The position numbers and the translations under genes are program-made. Positions 27,862 to 38,073 of a stretch of DNA of 64,000 nt are shown here, piece after piece. The stretch covers positions 62,934-126,933 of the forward strand of contig CAWGEQ010000034.1 in the NCBI GenBank assembly GCA_963821645.1, given 5' to 3'. The number at the start of each line of letters is the position of its first letter. The stretch's first letter is position 1. The DNA is from an uncultured delta proteobacterium. GTDB lineage: Bacteria; Desulfobacterota; RBG-13-43-22. The notes beneath the pieces were generated by a model. That model worked only from the letters and a program-made list of their open reading frames with translations, ran no database searches and had not been told where the DNA came from.

Positions 27862-28626
27862 ATGAACGGCGTGATCGTAGTCGATATTCAGGGAGATTTT
27901 ACCCAATTGATGGACGGCTCTCTATCCGTGCCGGGGACCAGCCTGGATTATCTGCATAAGATTAGCAAAGCCATCGATCAGATCAAGGGTTTAGGGATCC
28001 CTCTCTTCGCCTCTCAGGACTGGCATCCGGCGGACCACATTTCCTTCTATACCAGTCATCCCGGTAAAAAGGCCTTCGATAAAATTTCCCTTCAAGGAAA
28101 AGAACAAATTCTTTGGCCACCGCATTGCGTGCAGGAAACTTCAGGTGCGGATTTATTGGTCGATCCGAATTCATTTAAGGCGGTTATCCGGAAAGGATGG
28201 GACCCCCGTCGTGACAGTTACTCCTGTTTTCAAGACGACGCAGGACAGGAAACGGAATTGAATGGAATTTTGAAAAGGGAAGGGATTAAAAAGTTGATTA
28301 TTTTCGGCATTGCCACCGACTACTGCATCCGCTGGACCTCCCTGCATGGATTGGAAAGAGGTTATAAGATGGTGGTGATTAAATCCCTCTGCCGGGGGGT
28401 TGACCCAACTACCTCGACGAAGGCCCTGGAAGAAATCAAGAAAAAAGGAGCCGTGGTCTTAGAAGATCTGGAAACATTCATCGCCCTTCAGGCTAGCTGG
28501 AAGGCAAAAATAGATCACTTCATGTATTCAAACTCTCCTGCCCGCCGGCAGTCGGACTCAAAAAAAATATGGATATTCCCCAGGGGTGAAGAAACATATT
28601 GTCTTTTTAAGCCAAGGCAGCAATAA
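27862..28626 (+). CDS. nicotinamidase/pyrazinamidase-like cysteine hydrolase (isochorismatase superfamily)
   Basis: 'VIVVDIQGDF' (Asp), 'ASQDWHPADHISF' and 'IFGIATDYCIRWTSL' (catalytic Cys) form the PncA-like triad. Confidence 0.7.
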   Translation: MNGVIVVDIQGDFTQLMDGSLSVPGTSLDYLHKISKAIDQIKGLGIPLFASQDWHPADHISFYTSHPGKKAFDKISLQGKEQILWPPHCVQETSGADLLVDPNSFKAVIRKGWDPRRDSYSCFQDDAGQETELNGILKREGIKKLIIFGIATDYCIRWTSLHGLERGYKMVVIKSLCRGVDPTTSTKALEEIKKKGAVVLEDLETFIALQASWKAKIDHFMYSNSPARRQSDSKKIWIFPRGEETYCLFKPRQQ

Positions 28627-29026
28627 TCCTTGCCCCAATAGCCTTGATCTTTTCCATGTCCCCGGCCCTGAGGCCGTGACGCACCGCGACCTCGTTTTCC
28701 CTCAGGGGGACCAGGTGGATATGAAAATGATCGACGATCTGCCCGGCTATCCGCCCGTTGAGCTGATAAACCCTCAAGCCGTCCGGTTTCAGGGATTTCT
28801 TGATCGCCAGGGCCACTTTCTTGGCGGTGTGCATGACTGCCGCCAGGTCGCCCTCCTCGATATCAAAAAAAGTGGGGGTATGGGTCTTGGGAATGATCAA
28901 GCAGTGTCCGTCCGAACTGGGGTTGATGTCCATAAAGGCGATGGTCAGATCATCCTCAACCAGCTTAACACTGGGAAGCTGATTAGCGATAATTTTGCAA
29001 AAGGCACACTCCTGAATAGGTCCCAT
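28607..29026 (-). CDS. HIT-family (histidine triad) nucleotide hydrolase
   Basis: 139 aa. 'CAFCKII' N-terminus and the histidine triad 'HFHIHLVP'. Confidence 0.8.
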   Translation of the reverse strand: MGPIQECAFCKIIANQLPSVKLVEDDLTIAFMDINPSSDGHCLIIPKTHTPTFFDIEEGDLAAVMHTAKKVALAIKKSLKPDGLRVYQLNGRIAGQIVDHFHIHLVPLRENEVAVRHGLRAGDMEKIKAIGARIIAALA

Positions 29027-29248
29027 GGTCTCTTCCTTTATTTTATCGGCTACCCCATTTGATTTATTTTATACAAAATATCACAAGCAGAAGAGAAATG
29101 AAATAAGGTAAATTTTGTATTTTTAGGGGAAAAAGGGGTAGTCGAATAATGGAGACGGATCTACCATAAAATCACCTGGTAAGGCGTAATCCGCTCTGGT
29201 TACGCCCTTTTCCTTTTCGGGCTAATCCAACTCAACGGGAGGAATTTC

Positions 29249-29839
29249 ATGATCCATTTTAATGGTGTCAATCACTTAGCCATGGCTACCGGCGATATGG
29301 ACAGGACGATACGGTTTTGGCGGGATCTGCTTGGCATGAGGTTAGTGGCCGGTCTGGGAAAACCGGGCTATCGTCATTATTTTTTTGAGATCTCCAAACA
29401 GGATACGATAGCCTTTTTTGAATGGCCCGGAGTAGTTCCTGTTCGCGAAAAAGAACACGGCTATCCGGTCAAAGGTCCGTTTATTTTCGACCACGTTTCC
29501 TTCGGAGTGGAAAGGGAAGAAGACCTCTGGGAGATCAAGGACAAGTTAGAAGCGGCCGGGTTCGAGGTCTCGGAGGTCATCAATCATGGCTTTATCCATT
29601 CCATCTACGCCTTTGATCCCAATGGAATTCCCATCGAATTCAGCCATGACGTGGAGGGGATTGATATCCGACGGGACCCGACCATGACCGATTCGGCCCC
29701 TTCGAAGGTCGCCCAGGAAGGCCCGGAAGCCAATGCCAAAGTCTGGCCGCCGGTTTCGACTCCGACACCCATAAACCAGCGCAAGGTCTATCCCGGCGTG
29801 GGCAGCGAACTGTTTCACGGAATCCGCAAGGACTCATAA
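29249..29839 (+). CDS. VOC (glyoxalase/bleomycin-resistance/dioxygenase) family protein
   Basis: 'NHLAMATGDMDRTIRFWRDLLGMRLV...HYFFE' is a VOC betaalphabetabetabeta module, duplicated in the second half. Confidence 0.7.
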   Translation: MIHFNGVNHLAMATGDMDRTIRFWRDLLGMRLVAGLGKPGYRHYFFEISKQDTIAFFEWPGVVPVREKEHGYPVKGPFIFDHVSFGVEREEDLWEIKDKLEAAGFEVSEVINHGFIHSIYAFDPNGIPIEFSHDVEGIDIRRDPTMTDSAPSKVAQEGPEANAKVWPPVSTPTPINQRKVYPGVGSELFHGIRKDS

Positions 29840-29859
29840 AATCCAGAGGAATAAAGACG

Positions 29860-30411
29860 ATGAATACCGCATTAATATTGATCGACATCCAGAACGATTA
29901 TTTCCCGGGAGGCAGGATGGAATTGGATGGCAGTCCGGAAGCCTGTGAACAGGCCCAAAAGCTTCTCCTCTTTTTCCGGGAAAAGAATTGGCCCTTGATC
30001 CATATACAACACCTATCCGTCCGCCCGGGGGCGGCTTTTTTTATTCCCGGCACAGAAGGAGTTGAGATACACGATAGTGTCCGTCCCCTTCCCGGCGAAT
30101 TGGTAATCCAGAAAACCTTTCCCAACGGTTTCCGAAACACGCCTTTGTTGGGGCATCTGAACAAAGAGGGGATAGAGCATCTGGTCATCTCCGGCATGAT
30201 GACCCACATGTGCGTGGAGGCCACGACCCGGGCCGCCTTTGACCTTGGTTTTCAATGCACGGTCGTACACGATGCCTGCGCCACCCGGCCGCTCACTTTT
30301 GGGGCTGACACCGTTCCAGCCCGGCAGGTCCAGGCCGCTTTCCTGGCTGCCCTGGGGGCCGTTTATGCCAAAGTCGTCAGCGCAGACGATATTATTTCTA
30401 GCTTGAGATAA
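29860..30411 (+). CDS. isochorismatase-family cysteine hydrolase
   Basis: 'ALILIDIQNDYF' and 'LVISGMMTHMCVEATTRAA' (catalytic Cys) are isochorismatase family signatures. Confidence 0.75.
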   Translation: MNTALILIDIQNDYFPGGRMELDGSPEACEQAQKLLLFFREKNWPLIHIQHLSVRPGAAFFIPGTEGVEIHDSVRPLPGELVIQKTFPNGFRNTPLLGHLNKEGIEHLVISGMMTHMCVEATTRAAFDLGFQCTVVHDACATRPLTFGADTVPARQVQAAFLAALGAVYAKVVSADDIISSLR

Positions 30412-31221
30412 TCGGGAAATGATATCCGTGGTCGTTCCGGGTTCTTCGGTTCGCCGGGCTACGATCAGAAATTGTGTGGTGTCGAAGTCTGCCGCGAAGG
30501 ATAAAAAACCCGGTGACCGGCGTGGCCCGAGCCTCTTTTCAAGACGTTTGACTGCCTTGGTTAACCAGTGTATTCGGTGAGCGCTTTCCTGGGCTACGAC
30601 GCGAAAGCCCGCCTGCTGGACGAGATCAATCGCACTTTTTCGAGTAAAAAAACGAAGGTGCGTACGATCAAGGATTCCCTCATGGGAATAATTCCATGAT
30701 CCGGACAGGAGACCTCCTATGACACTCTTGTGGCCCACATTGGGAATGCTGATAATCAGATAACCCCCGAGAGTCAAACGATCAGGCCAGAGACGTAATG
30801 TTTTCCAGGGATCTACCATGTGTTCGAGCACATCGGCGAAGATGAGGCAGTCCGGTTGAGGCCAACTATCCGGCAGGGGATCATCGGCCCCGCCGCATAA
30901 GACGTCATCAAGCACCAGGCGGGCACGTGTTGCTTTGTCGGCCACCGGCTCGATTCCACGAACTTCCACACCAGGGCGCTCGCTTTTAAGTAACGCGCCG
31001 AGGGCGCCTATCCCACAGCCGACGTCTATAATATACCTGCATTCTTGAGGAACCCAGGCAGCCACCTCGGGTCGGGCATGCTCGTAGTACGTTGGGTGCG
31101 TCTCGATGTCGGTTGCTGGTGCTGTTGGAGTGCTCTTCATCGCCATTGCGGTCTTCTGCCTTTCTCCTCGACCTGCGAGGGGAGGAGGAGGATAGGCTTC
31201 ATTAGGCCTGTCCTTTAACAA
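30013..31221 (-). CDS. class I SAM-dependent methyltransferase; 3' end of the ORF runs antisense through the isochorismatase gene, so the true C-terminus is uncertain
   Basis: Motif I 'IIDVGCGIGALGALLK' and post-I acidic 'RGIEPV', then 'CLIFADVLEHMVDP' (motif II/III). The MTase domain ends by ~30470. The ORF has no stop until 30013. Confidence 0.6.
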   Translation of the reverse strand: MLKDRPNEAYPPPPLAGRGERQKTAMAMKSTPTAPATDIETHPTYYEHARPEVAAWVPQECRYIIDVGCGIGALGALLKSERPGVEVRGIEPVADKATRARLVLDDVLCGGADDPLPDSWPQPDCLIFADVLEHMVDPWKTLRLWPDRLTLGGYLIISIPNVGHKSVIGGLLSGSWNYSHEGILDRTHLRFFTRKSAIDLVQQAGFRVVAQESAHRIHWLTKAVKRLEKRLGPRRSPGFLSFAADFDTTQFLIVARRTEEPGTTTDIISRLSQARNNIVCADDFGINGPQGSQESGLDLPGWNGVSPKSERPGGAGIVYDRALKTKVKGGPGRGLHAHVGHHAGDDQMLYPLFVQMPQQRRVSETVGKGFLDYQFAGKGTDTIVYLNSFCAGNKKSRPRADG

Positions 31222-31396
31222 TAGCCAACATAGAAACTCGAAATATTCCCATGGTCAGGAAAAATACACCAGCCAGTGTTCTCGGAATGACAACCCAGGA
31301 ACCAAGGAGTGGGCCAAAAAGTAGGTAAGGACCCCATCCAGAACCGATGCCATATTCCAGAAAGGACCCGTGATCCGAGATCACCTTACATAACTA

Positions 31397-32755
31397 TTAA
31401 CAGGGCTGATATCCCAGAATCAGTGTACAGGAATACCCCACCGAAAAACCGATAATCCCCAGCGGGGAGTGGCGTAAACCACGATGATCCAGTTGAGCAG
31501 TGTCCAGCAAAAGGCTAGGCGGGCAAAGATCTGGGGCCGTCCGGCAGCATCCAGGGCCGCGCCGACTATTGGTGATATAAAGCCGATGGTAATAGCCAGG
31601 GTATAAACATAAAGAAGCGGAACAGCGGGTAGCCATTTGTCCGACCAGACCACCCGTACCAGAGTAGGACCGAGCCCGCAGAAAAGCCCGGCCAGGAAGA
31701 AAGTACCAAGGGCACAGATCAAGATGGAATGGCCGAGCGTCTCGGCGAAGGTCGCGTGGTCATGACGCAGCCGGCTGAACAGGGGAAAGGTGACCCGTCC
31801 GATGATTTCAACGATCTTAACCGGTAAGAAGCCGGTAGTCTGCGCCCAGGTAATGTAGCCCAGTGCCGTAGTGCCGAGAGTACGGCCGGCATATATCGGT
31901 GTGATCGCCCCGTTGATAAAGCCGATGACATTTTTAAGTTGATAAGGGATCCCGAAGGCGATGATCGGGCGGAGTAACTGGCGATCGAAGACGAGACTGG
32001 GCCTCCAGGGACGCATGATAATACGACATGGCGGTCCCGGTAGTCACCTGGAGCAGGACGCTGCCGACGAGGGCCCAGACACCCCAACCCCGGAAAGCCA
32101 AGAACACGGCGCTGCCATAGAATACTAACGACTGAACAATCTCGATCGCTGGCCAATCGGCCGAAGAGCAGCTCCCTTTCCATCTCGATGCTTTGGATGA
32201 TTTTCACCATGGTGAGCACGAATCACATCGACATGTTCAAACAGGACGTCGGAACTCATCCCGTAGATCCGCTCAAATAGAAGGAGATATGGGAGTGCCG
32301 ACCCAGATCATGGTCACCACCACCAGGGCAATCAGAAATTGCAAAAAAAAGACGCTCGACAGTTCCCGTTGCGTCGGCATTTCCTTGCGTTGGACCAAGG
32401 CGCCGCCGAGTCCGGCGTCCCCGATAAAAGTGAAAAACAAAAGCACGAATTGCACGACTCCGAAGACCCCGAAGTCCTGCGGAGTGAGCAGACGGGCCAG
32501 GAAGATGTTACCGCTGATCACGGTAACCTGCAGAACGGCGGAACGGATCATCAAGGCCAGGACGCCAAGGCGGGCCCGTCGCCTGAGAGTTGTGGTATCC
32601 ATCCCGGGTTCGCCGGAAGAGAGATCTTCCTCCGGGGCCGGAGACGAGTTATTGATATCAGGGCGCGCCGAGGAGGCTCGTTCAGGTTGTGGGGGTTGGT
32701 CGAAGCCGGGGTTGGGTGGAAAACGAGGATCCTGACCGCTCATTGAAGCGCCCAT
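31397..32755 (-). pseudogene. Wzx-like polysaccharide flippase (MOP superfamily), fragmented by at least four frameshifts
   Basis: Pieces in different frames: 'LGVLALMIRSAVLQVTVISGNIFLARLLTPQDFGVFGVVQFVLLFFTFIGDAGLGGALVQRKE...' (32755-32273); '..IEMERELLFGRLAS' and 'AIEIVQSLVFYGSAVFLAFRGWGVWALVGSVLLQVTTGTAMSYYHA'; 'WRPSLVFDRQLLRPIIAFGIPYQ...' (32016-31420); then 'LGIIGFSVGYSCTLILGYQPC*'. One shift is an extra C in 'gcgtccctgg' (~32015-32025). Confidence 0.6.
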
Positions 32756-33111
32756 TGATGCCAGACATTACAGTAAAACCAGCGTACCTGTGGCTCGCCT
32801 TGAACATGGACAAGAAAGGGGTCCATTAGGGCTCGGGTCTGCATAGCCTGGACTTGCGCGCGACTTTTCATCGGCATCCGGCGTTCTGATAGAGACTATA
32901 CATATCTATTCGTGACAGGAGCAATAGTGATATAATCTTAAAAGAAGGCCGCAAGATGTTCGTTTCCTTTTAATTTAAAGGATGATAGTCGGGAAAAAGA
33001 ATGGGGGTCAAGGAGAAAAATCGGTAACCGGATATCGGATTAATCCCAGGAAGGCCTCTCTGAGTTCCTTATATTTTTTCATCCGCAAATAACGAAAAGA
33101 GTCCCTCGCTA

Positions 33112-33885
33112 TTACCCAGGGCAGTACCAGAAAAAAAAGAGGAATTTCTCAGAAGATCGGCCGTTTCGAAAAACCATGAGTAGGCGATTCCGCCAGCGGG
33201 TCCGGCTTTGCAGCAGACCGTATTCATTCCCTCCGGTTTGACTCACCTCATGATAAACCAAGGCTCCCGGAACGTACAAAATCCGAAAACCGTCTTTTTG
33301 GGCCCGATAACAGAAATCCACATCTTCGAAGTAGCTGACAAACTCAGGGACAAAGAGCCGTACCCTATTCAGGACCTTTGAATCCAACCACAAGGCACAG
33401 CCGCTGGCAAAATCAATCTTTTCCTGTCGGTCATGCTGTCCCTGATCGGCTTCCCCTTGCCCGATATTTTTGGCCCAACCCTGCCATAGCCTTAGCTTTC
33501 CTCCACAGGCCCACAGGGTTTTTTTGTCGCCATAATAAATCTTGGGACTCAAGATGTCGGCGCGTTCCCTTTGGGAATACAGGTTTTCTATGGCTTTTTC
33601 TTCGAGTTGGGCATCGTTATTTAATAACAGTAGATAGCGGGCCTGATATCTTTCTTGGGCATAGGACACAGCCAGATTGTACCCTTGGGCAAAACCGTAG
33701 TTTTGCTTTAAGGACAGCAGGTCGATCCCGGGAACCCCCTTGAGCATCTCTACAGAATCATCGCTTGAACCGTTATCAGCGACGATGATTTGACCGTCAA
33801 GGGAAGAAGGGATTTTTACGGCATCCACCGCCTTTCGGGTTAATTCCGGTTTATTCCAATTCAAGATGATAACAGCCAGATCCAA
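33112..33885 (-). CDS. family 2 glycosyltransferase
   Basis: 'AVIILNWNKPELTRKAVDAV...IIVADNGSSDDS' (GT-A DxD-type N-terminus). Length is 257 aa. Confidence 0.75.
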   Translation of the reverse strand: MDLAVIILNWNKPELTRKAVDAVKIPSSLDGQIIVADNGSSDDSVEMLKGVPGIDLLSLKQNYGFAQGYNLAVSYAQERYQARYLLLLNNDAQLEEKAIENLYSQRERADILSPKIYYGDKKTLWACGGKLRLWQGWAKNIGQGEADQGQHDRQEKIDFASGCALWLDSKVLNRVRLFVPEFVSYFEDVDFCYRAQKDGFRILYVPGALVYHEVSQTGGNEYGLLQSRTRWRNRLLMVFRNGRSSEKFLFFFWYCPG

Positions 33886-34352
33886 AAAATTTACCTCAAC
33901 AGTAAGGAGTAAGGAACGCGTTTGGGATTTTTGAAAGCATAGTGGAGGGCCGATAAGGTGTCAAGGGAAATGGAAATGCACGACGGGATTGGGATCTTCC
34001 TGACTATTTACAAGTCCATCAAATTTAATGGTTCCAAAATATTCGTCAAGAAGTCAAACTTTGGGAGTCCCCCGGCAGAGCCGAGGGTTTACCTAAAGAA
34101 AATTATTAATCCTTCATAAAGATTTTAATGAGATACGGTATAGTTGGACATCCCGATCGGGAGAAATGTTAGCCCACGGCATGAAGATGTTTAAGAGGCT
34201 CATATGCAACGGCAAGGTGCAACACGTCCATCGTCAAAATTGATCGGCGACTTCATCTCTATTATAATCATCTTCGGTGGCTTTCTATTTTGCTGGCAGG
34301 TACTCCGGACTGGTGGCCCGCTTGATTGTTTCGTGGGATGGGAGCTCATGAA

Positions 34353-34754
34353 TCATTCAATTTTTCTGTTTTCCTCCTGGATCAGTTTTCTTTCATAGGC
34401 TTGCCGGATCATCTCCATCAAGTCATCGATATTCACCGGCTTCATGACATAATCAAAGGCGCCTAAATTCATGCCTTCGACTCCGGACTCCATGGAGGCA
34501 TGGCCGGTTAACAGAATCACCTCCATAAAGGGATTTTTCTTTTTCATTTCCCGAAGGGTATCGATTCCGTCCAGACCGGGCATTTTGACATCCAGGACCA
34601 CCACATCGAAAAGGAGTTTGTTCATGAGGTCCAGGGCCTTTTGACCGCTTTCCGCCCCAAAGACATTCAGGTGACGTTTTTGTAATCGTTTCACCAGGGT
34701 TTCGCGAAAATCATCCTCATCATCGACAATCAGGACATTAAACGATTCAGCCAT
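34353..34754 (-). CDS. single-domain response regulator (CheY-like receiver)
   Basis: 'VLIVDDEDDF' acidic pocket, phospho-acceptor 'VVLDVKMPGLDG', 'LLTGHAS', 'GAFDYVMKP'. No output domain. Confidence 0.85.
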   Translation of the reverse strand: MAESFNVLIVDDEDDFRETLVKRLQKRHLNVFGAESGQKALDLMNKLLFDVVVLDVKMPGLDGIDTLREMKKKNPFMEVILLTGHASMESGVEGMNLGAFDYVMKPVNIDDLMEMIRQAYERKLIQEENRKIE

Positions 34755-34767
34755 ACCCCTCCTTGTT

Positions 34768-36420
34768 TCACTTAATGGGTAGATAGATGGTAAAGGTGGT
34801 GCCCAGGCCTATCTCGCTGGCCACCATAATCCGGCCCCCCAATTTTTCAATGATGCTGTAGACAATAGACAGCCCCAACCCCGTTCCCTTGCCGACCTCC
34901 TTGGTGGTGTAGAAAGGATCGAAGATTTTGTCGATACCCTCTTTGGGAATCCCCGGACCGTTATCGGTGATTTCGACCTTGGCCTCATGGTTTTTAGAAG
35001 AATAACTGGTCTTAATCCGGATTTCCCCATTTTTCCCGATGGCGTCGATGGCATTGTTAATAATGTTTAGAAAGACTTGCTGCAACTGAGATGAGTCGCT
35101 GGTGATCCGCGGCAGGTCCGGTTGCGGGTCTATCTGGATATCGATGCTTCGGTATCGCGATTCATTCTCCAGGAAATCCACGGTCTCGTTTAAGGTTTTA
35201 TTGATATCCACTTGCTCTTGGAGGGGTTCCATACGCCTGGCAAAACCCAGGAGACGATGGGTCACCTTTTTGGCCCGATCGACATGATATTCAATCTTGC
35301 GGACGGCGTCTTCAAACTCCCGGTAATTTGGATTCTGGTTGATATCTTCTTCCGAAAGGAGGTCTTTGATCCAGCCGGCCTTTTCGCCGATCACGGCTAA
35401 GGGGTTATTGATCTCATGAGCAATACCGGCGGCCATTTTCCCCAGGGCGGCCATTTTGCTGGATTGGATCATCAAATCCTCACTGATGGCTTTTTTACGT
35501 TCCACTTCGATCAACTGATTCATCATGGCCTTGGTCGTCAGAAGGGTCCCGATGACAATAACCAGAATGCCGGCCAAAAACAGCAAGGCGGCGATGAAAC
35601 GGGCCTTGAGCAAGGGGGTTAATTGTTCGCGCGGGTCTTCCTTGATGACCAATATCCACCTGGTAATGCCGATCTGGGTGGCGGCAAAGAGACCTTTTTC
35701 CCGATCGATTTGGATCTCTTCCACCTGGGTCTCTACGGATTTGGAAAAATCGGGGGATTTGGGGTGACCGAAAATTTCACCGGAAAAACGCGGGCCGGTC
35801 TGGAGGATATTTCGATTGTTGATGATGAAGGCATCCCCCTTTTTCCCGGTTTGGGCCGCACGGACGATATTGTCGATAATATCGGAATTGATGGTCGCCC
35901 GGAGGATCCAGCTCTTGTCTCCCTCCCGGCTGACGACGGCAATGATAAAATGGGGAAATTTCCGGTATCCCAAAAAGACATCACTGATATAGACCCCCCC
36001 GGCCACCACCGATTGAAACCAGTCTTCATTCTTATAATTGACCCCCTTCAACTCCGGATAAGGCCCGATATAGGCCAGATGATTGCCGTCTTGATCGATG
36101 ATTCCAATATCAATATAAGATTTGGAACGGGTTTGCATGGTATTAAACACCTTGTTTAAATAAGACTCGTCGCTCAATTGTTTTAAGGAATGGGTATGGG
36201 CGATGGTGACCAGTTGGGAGACCCGTTCATCAAAGAAAAGATCGATGGCGCTCCGCCGGTTTTCGACCAAGGTTTTTAAGTTCTCAAAGATCTTGGCCGA
36301 ATAGGAGACGCTGAACTGATAATAGATGGTAAAACCCAGAGTGAAAAGAGGGATCAGGGAAAAACCGAGGGTCGTCAAGATGATGGTCCGCCATAATCTC
36401 TTATAATAGCGCTCTTCCAC
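34768..36420 (-). CDS. sensor histidine kinase with periplasmic Cache-type sensor domain
   Basis: N-terminal TM, a ~250-aa extracytoplasmic domain (dCache-like), a second TM, HisKA 'AAGIAHEINNPL' with phospho-His, and HATPase_c 'DNGPGIP...GTGLGLSIV'. Confidence 0.85.
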   Translation of the reverse strand: MEERYYKRLWRTIILTTLGFSLIPLFTLGFTIYYQFSVSYSAKIFENLKTLVENRRSAIDLFFDERVSQLVTIAHTHSLKQLSDESYLNKVFNTMQTRSKSYIDIGIIDQDGNHLAYIGPYPELKGVNYKNEDWFQSVVAGGVYISDVFLGYRKFPHFIIAVVSREGDKSWILRATINSDIIDNIVRAAQTGKKGDAFIINNRNILQTGPRFSGEIFGHPKSPDFSKSVETQVEEIQIDREKGLFAATQIGITRWILVIKEDPREQLTPLLKARFIAALLFLAGILVIVIGTLLTTKAMMNQLIEVERKKAISEDLMIQSSKMAALGKMAAGIAHEINNPLAVIGEKAGWIKDLLSEEDINQNPNYREFEDAVRKIEYHVDRAKKVTHRLLGFARRMEPLQEQVDINKTLNETVDFLENESRYRSIDIQIDPQPDLPRITSDSSQLQQVFLNIINNAIDAIGKNGEIRIKTSYSSKNHEAKVEITDNGPGIPKEGIDKIFDPFYTTKEVGKGTGLGLSIVYSIIEKLGGRIMVASEIGLGTTFTIYLPIK

Positions 36421-36522
36421 GATTTTCCTATTCTACCCCGGGAGTTGACCTATAACGACTTGGTAATAATGACCGGCCCTGCCGACGATATGATCCCGTA
36501 TGATAACTTTTTTAAACCGAAA

Positions 36523-37305
36523 TCATCTCCTGATCATAAATCCCGGCTGAACGGTCACTTCCGAATCCACCCGGGCGATCGAGTAGCCTTCAAAGATTTC
36601 CTCTGGGGTTATTGATCCGACCACCCCGCCCTGTTTATCGAGGATCGTAAGACAGGTCCCCGGGTTTATCCCTTGTCTTCTCCCCAAGCCAAAAAAAATT
36701 TCGTCCCCTCCACTCCCTTTCCTGATCCGATAGACTTCCGCCTTCCCTTGTTCGGCCAGAAGCCTTTCTATTTTATGAGAAAGGAAGAAAACAATCCCGA
36801 AAATAATCATGACCAGGGGGATAATGAAGAGGGCAACCAGCCAAGGACTGGTTCCCAGGTATCGCAGAAAAAAAGACTTTGATTTTTGGTGTAACTGCGT
36901 CAGGTCCTTATGGACTTCAATTTGAAAAAGAGTTCCCGATTTTATTTCCGGCCTTTTTCTGGTCTGAACCATCAAGGTGTATTCACCGGGTTGAATTAAG
37001 GGATCAACGTCCAGAGTGCCATTCCACTGATATTCTCCCAACCAAAAGCCGGTCTGAATGGCTTCAAAAACAAGCCGAATTTCCTTTGAATCGCAGCGAT
37101 AGGTCAATTCTCCGATATTTTCTATCTTTTCCTTTAATGACCCGGTAACGGCGATCCGGCTGCCGGGCAGACTGGAAAAGTGATTGGGAGGCTCCCTGAA
37201 CCGGGAGGTCAGACCGTCCAGAACAGCCAGGAGAAGGAAGATACAAAAAAGGGTGCCCGTTTTTCCGATCCACTTCCTCCATGTTGCCGTTTGTTTCAGG
37301 TCCAT
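36523..37305 (-). CDS. hypothetical membrane protein (N-terminal and central TM helices)
   Basis: 260-aa ORF. Hydrophobic segments 'TLFCIFLLLAVL' and 'WLVALFIIPLVMIIFGIVFFL'. No family recognised. Confidence 0.45.
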   Translation of the reverse strand: MDLKQTATWRKWIGKTGTLFCIFLLLAVLDGLTSRFREPPNHFSSLPGSRIAVTGSLKEKIENIGELTYRCDSKEIRLVFEAIQTGFWLGEYQWNGTLDVDPLIQPGEYTLMVQTRKRPEIKSGTLFQIEVHKDLTQLHQKSKSFFLRYLGTSPWLVALFIIPLVMIIFGIVFFLSHKIERLLAEQGKAEVYRIRKGSGGDEIFFGLGRRQGINPGTCLTILDKQGGVVGSITPEEIFEGYSIARVDSEVTVQPGFMIRR

Positions 37306-37418
37306 CTTGCAAAGTCCACGGCATACGGTTTAAGGCCCATGGCTCATGGTATACGGTTCGAGGGGTTTGGTCAAACCTTAAACCGTAGGCCGTGAACCTT
37401 AGGCCTGCACCGCAACCC

Positions 37419-38021
37419 TTATTTCTTAAAGATATCGGTTTTGGTGATATTCATAAATCTCCGGGCCTTTCCTTCTTCTTTGTAATAAATACGGACCTCA
37501 TCTCCGGCATCCCAGGTGTAATCAGGCAGGGCAAAGTATTCTTCGGGAAGGGTCAAGGTGGTCAGTATTTGCTGCCTCTTGGAATAGACGGTTATGGTCT
37601 TTTTCTCTCGATCAACGACCGGAAACTTTTTGGGTTTATCATTTTCAAAGACCAACGGATCATCCTTGGCGATTTTTTCCTTTTGATCGACCAGCGTATA
37701 TTTGATGGTTTTGAAATTTTGGGCCTTCAGGTCAAAGATGACAATTTCATTTTTCTTGGTATCCAGCTTCATTCTTAAGCCGGCTTTCGGCTCCGGTCCC
37801 ATTTCTTTGGCTTCGGTGGGCAGGGCATAGGTAATGGGCGGTAGATAACTGTAATCCGGGTTTTGAGCATCGGCCTTTTTATCCCGGATCAGGGTTACGG
37901 TCCATTTGGCCTTATCAAATTGTACGGCTCTCCCCTGGTCCACTTTACCCAATTCCCCGCAACCGAAGGCTATCAGTACGGGCAAAACAATCAATCCGAT
38001 CATCCAATAATATTTTTTCAT
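37419..38021 (-). CDS. hypothetical lipoprotein
   Basis: Start at the ATG at 38021, preceded by an aaggagat RBS. Signal 'MKKYYWMIGLIVLPVLIAFGCG' has a lipobox (IAFGC). The mature part is Lys-rich. Confidence 0.55.
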   Translation of the reverse strand: MKKYYWMIGLIVLPVLIAFGCGELGKVDQGRAVQFDKAKWTVTLIRDKKADAQNPDYSYLPPITYALPTEAKEMGPEPKAGLRMKLDTKKNEIVIFDLKAQNFKTIKYTLVDQKEKIAKDDPLVFENDKPKKFPVVDREKKTITVYSKRQQILTTLTLPEEYFALPDYTWDAGDEVRIYYKEEGKARRFMNITKTDIFKK

Positions 38022-38073
38022 AGGATATCTCCTTCTCTTAGAAACAAGTGTGACATTATTAAACAAGGGATGG

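Noticed and set aside
28586-29062. 158-aa plus-strand ORF
   Set aside because: It is antisense to the HIT-family gene, which has the clear HxHxHxx motif.
31202-31384. 60-aa hydrophobic ORF after the flippase
   Set aside because: It lies in the flippase frame but is separated by two consecutive stop codons (taa tag). It is probably a non-coding 3' tail, and is kept only as a remote possibility of a small membrane peptide.
35623-36159. 178-aa plus-strand ORF
   Set aside because: It is antisense inside the histidine kinase sensor domain.
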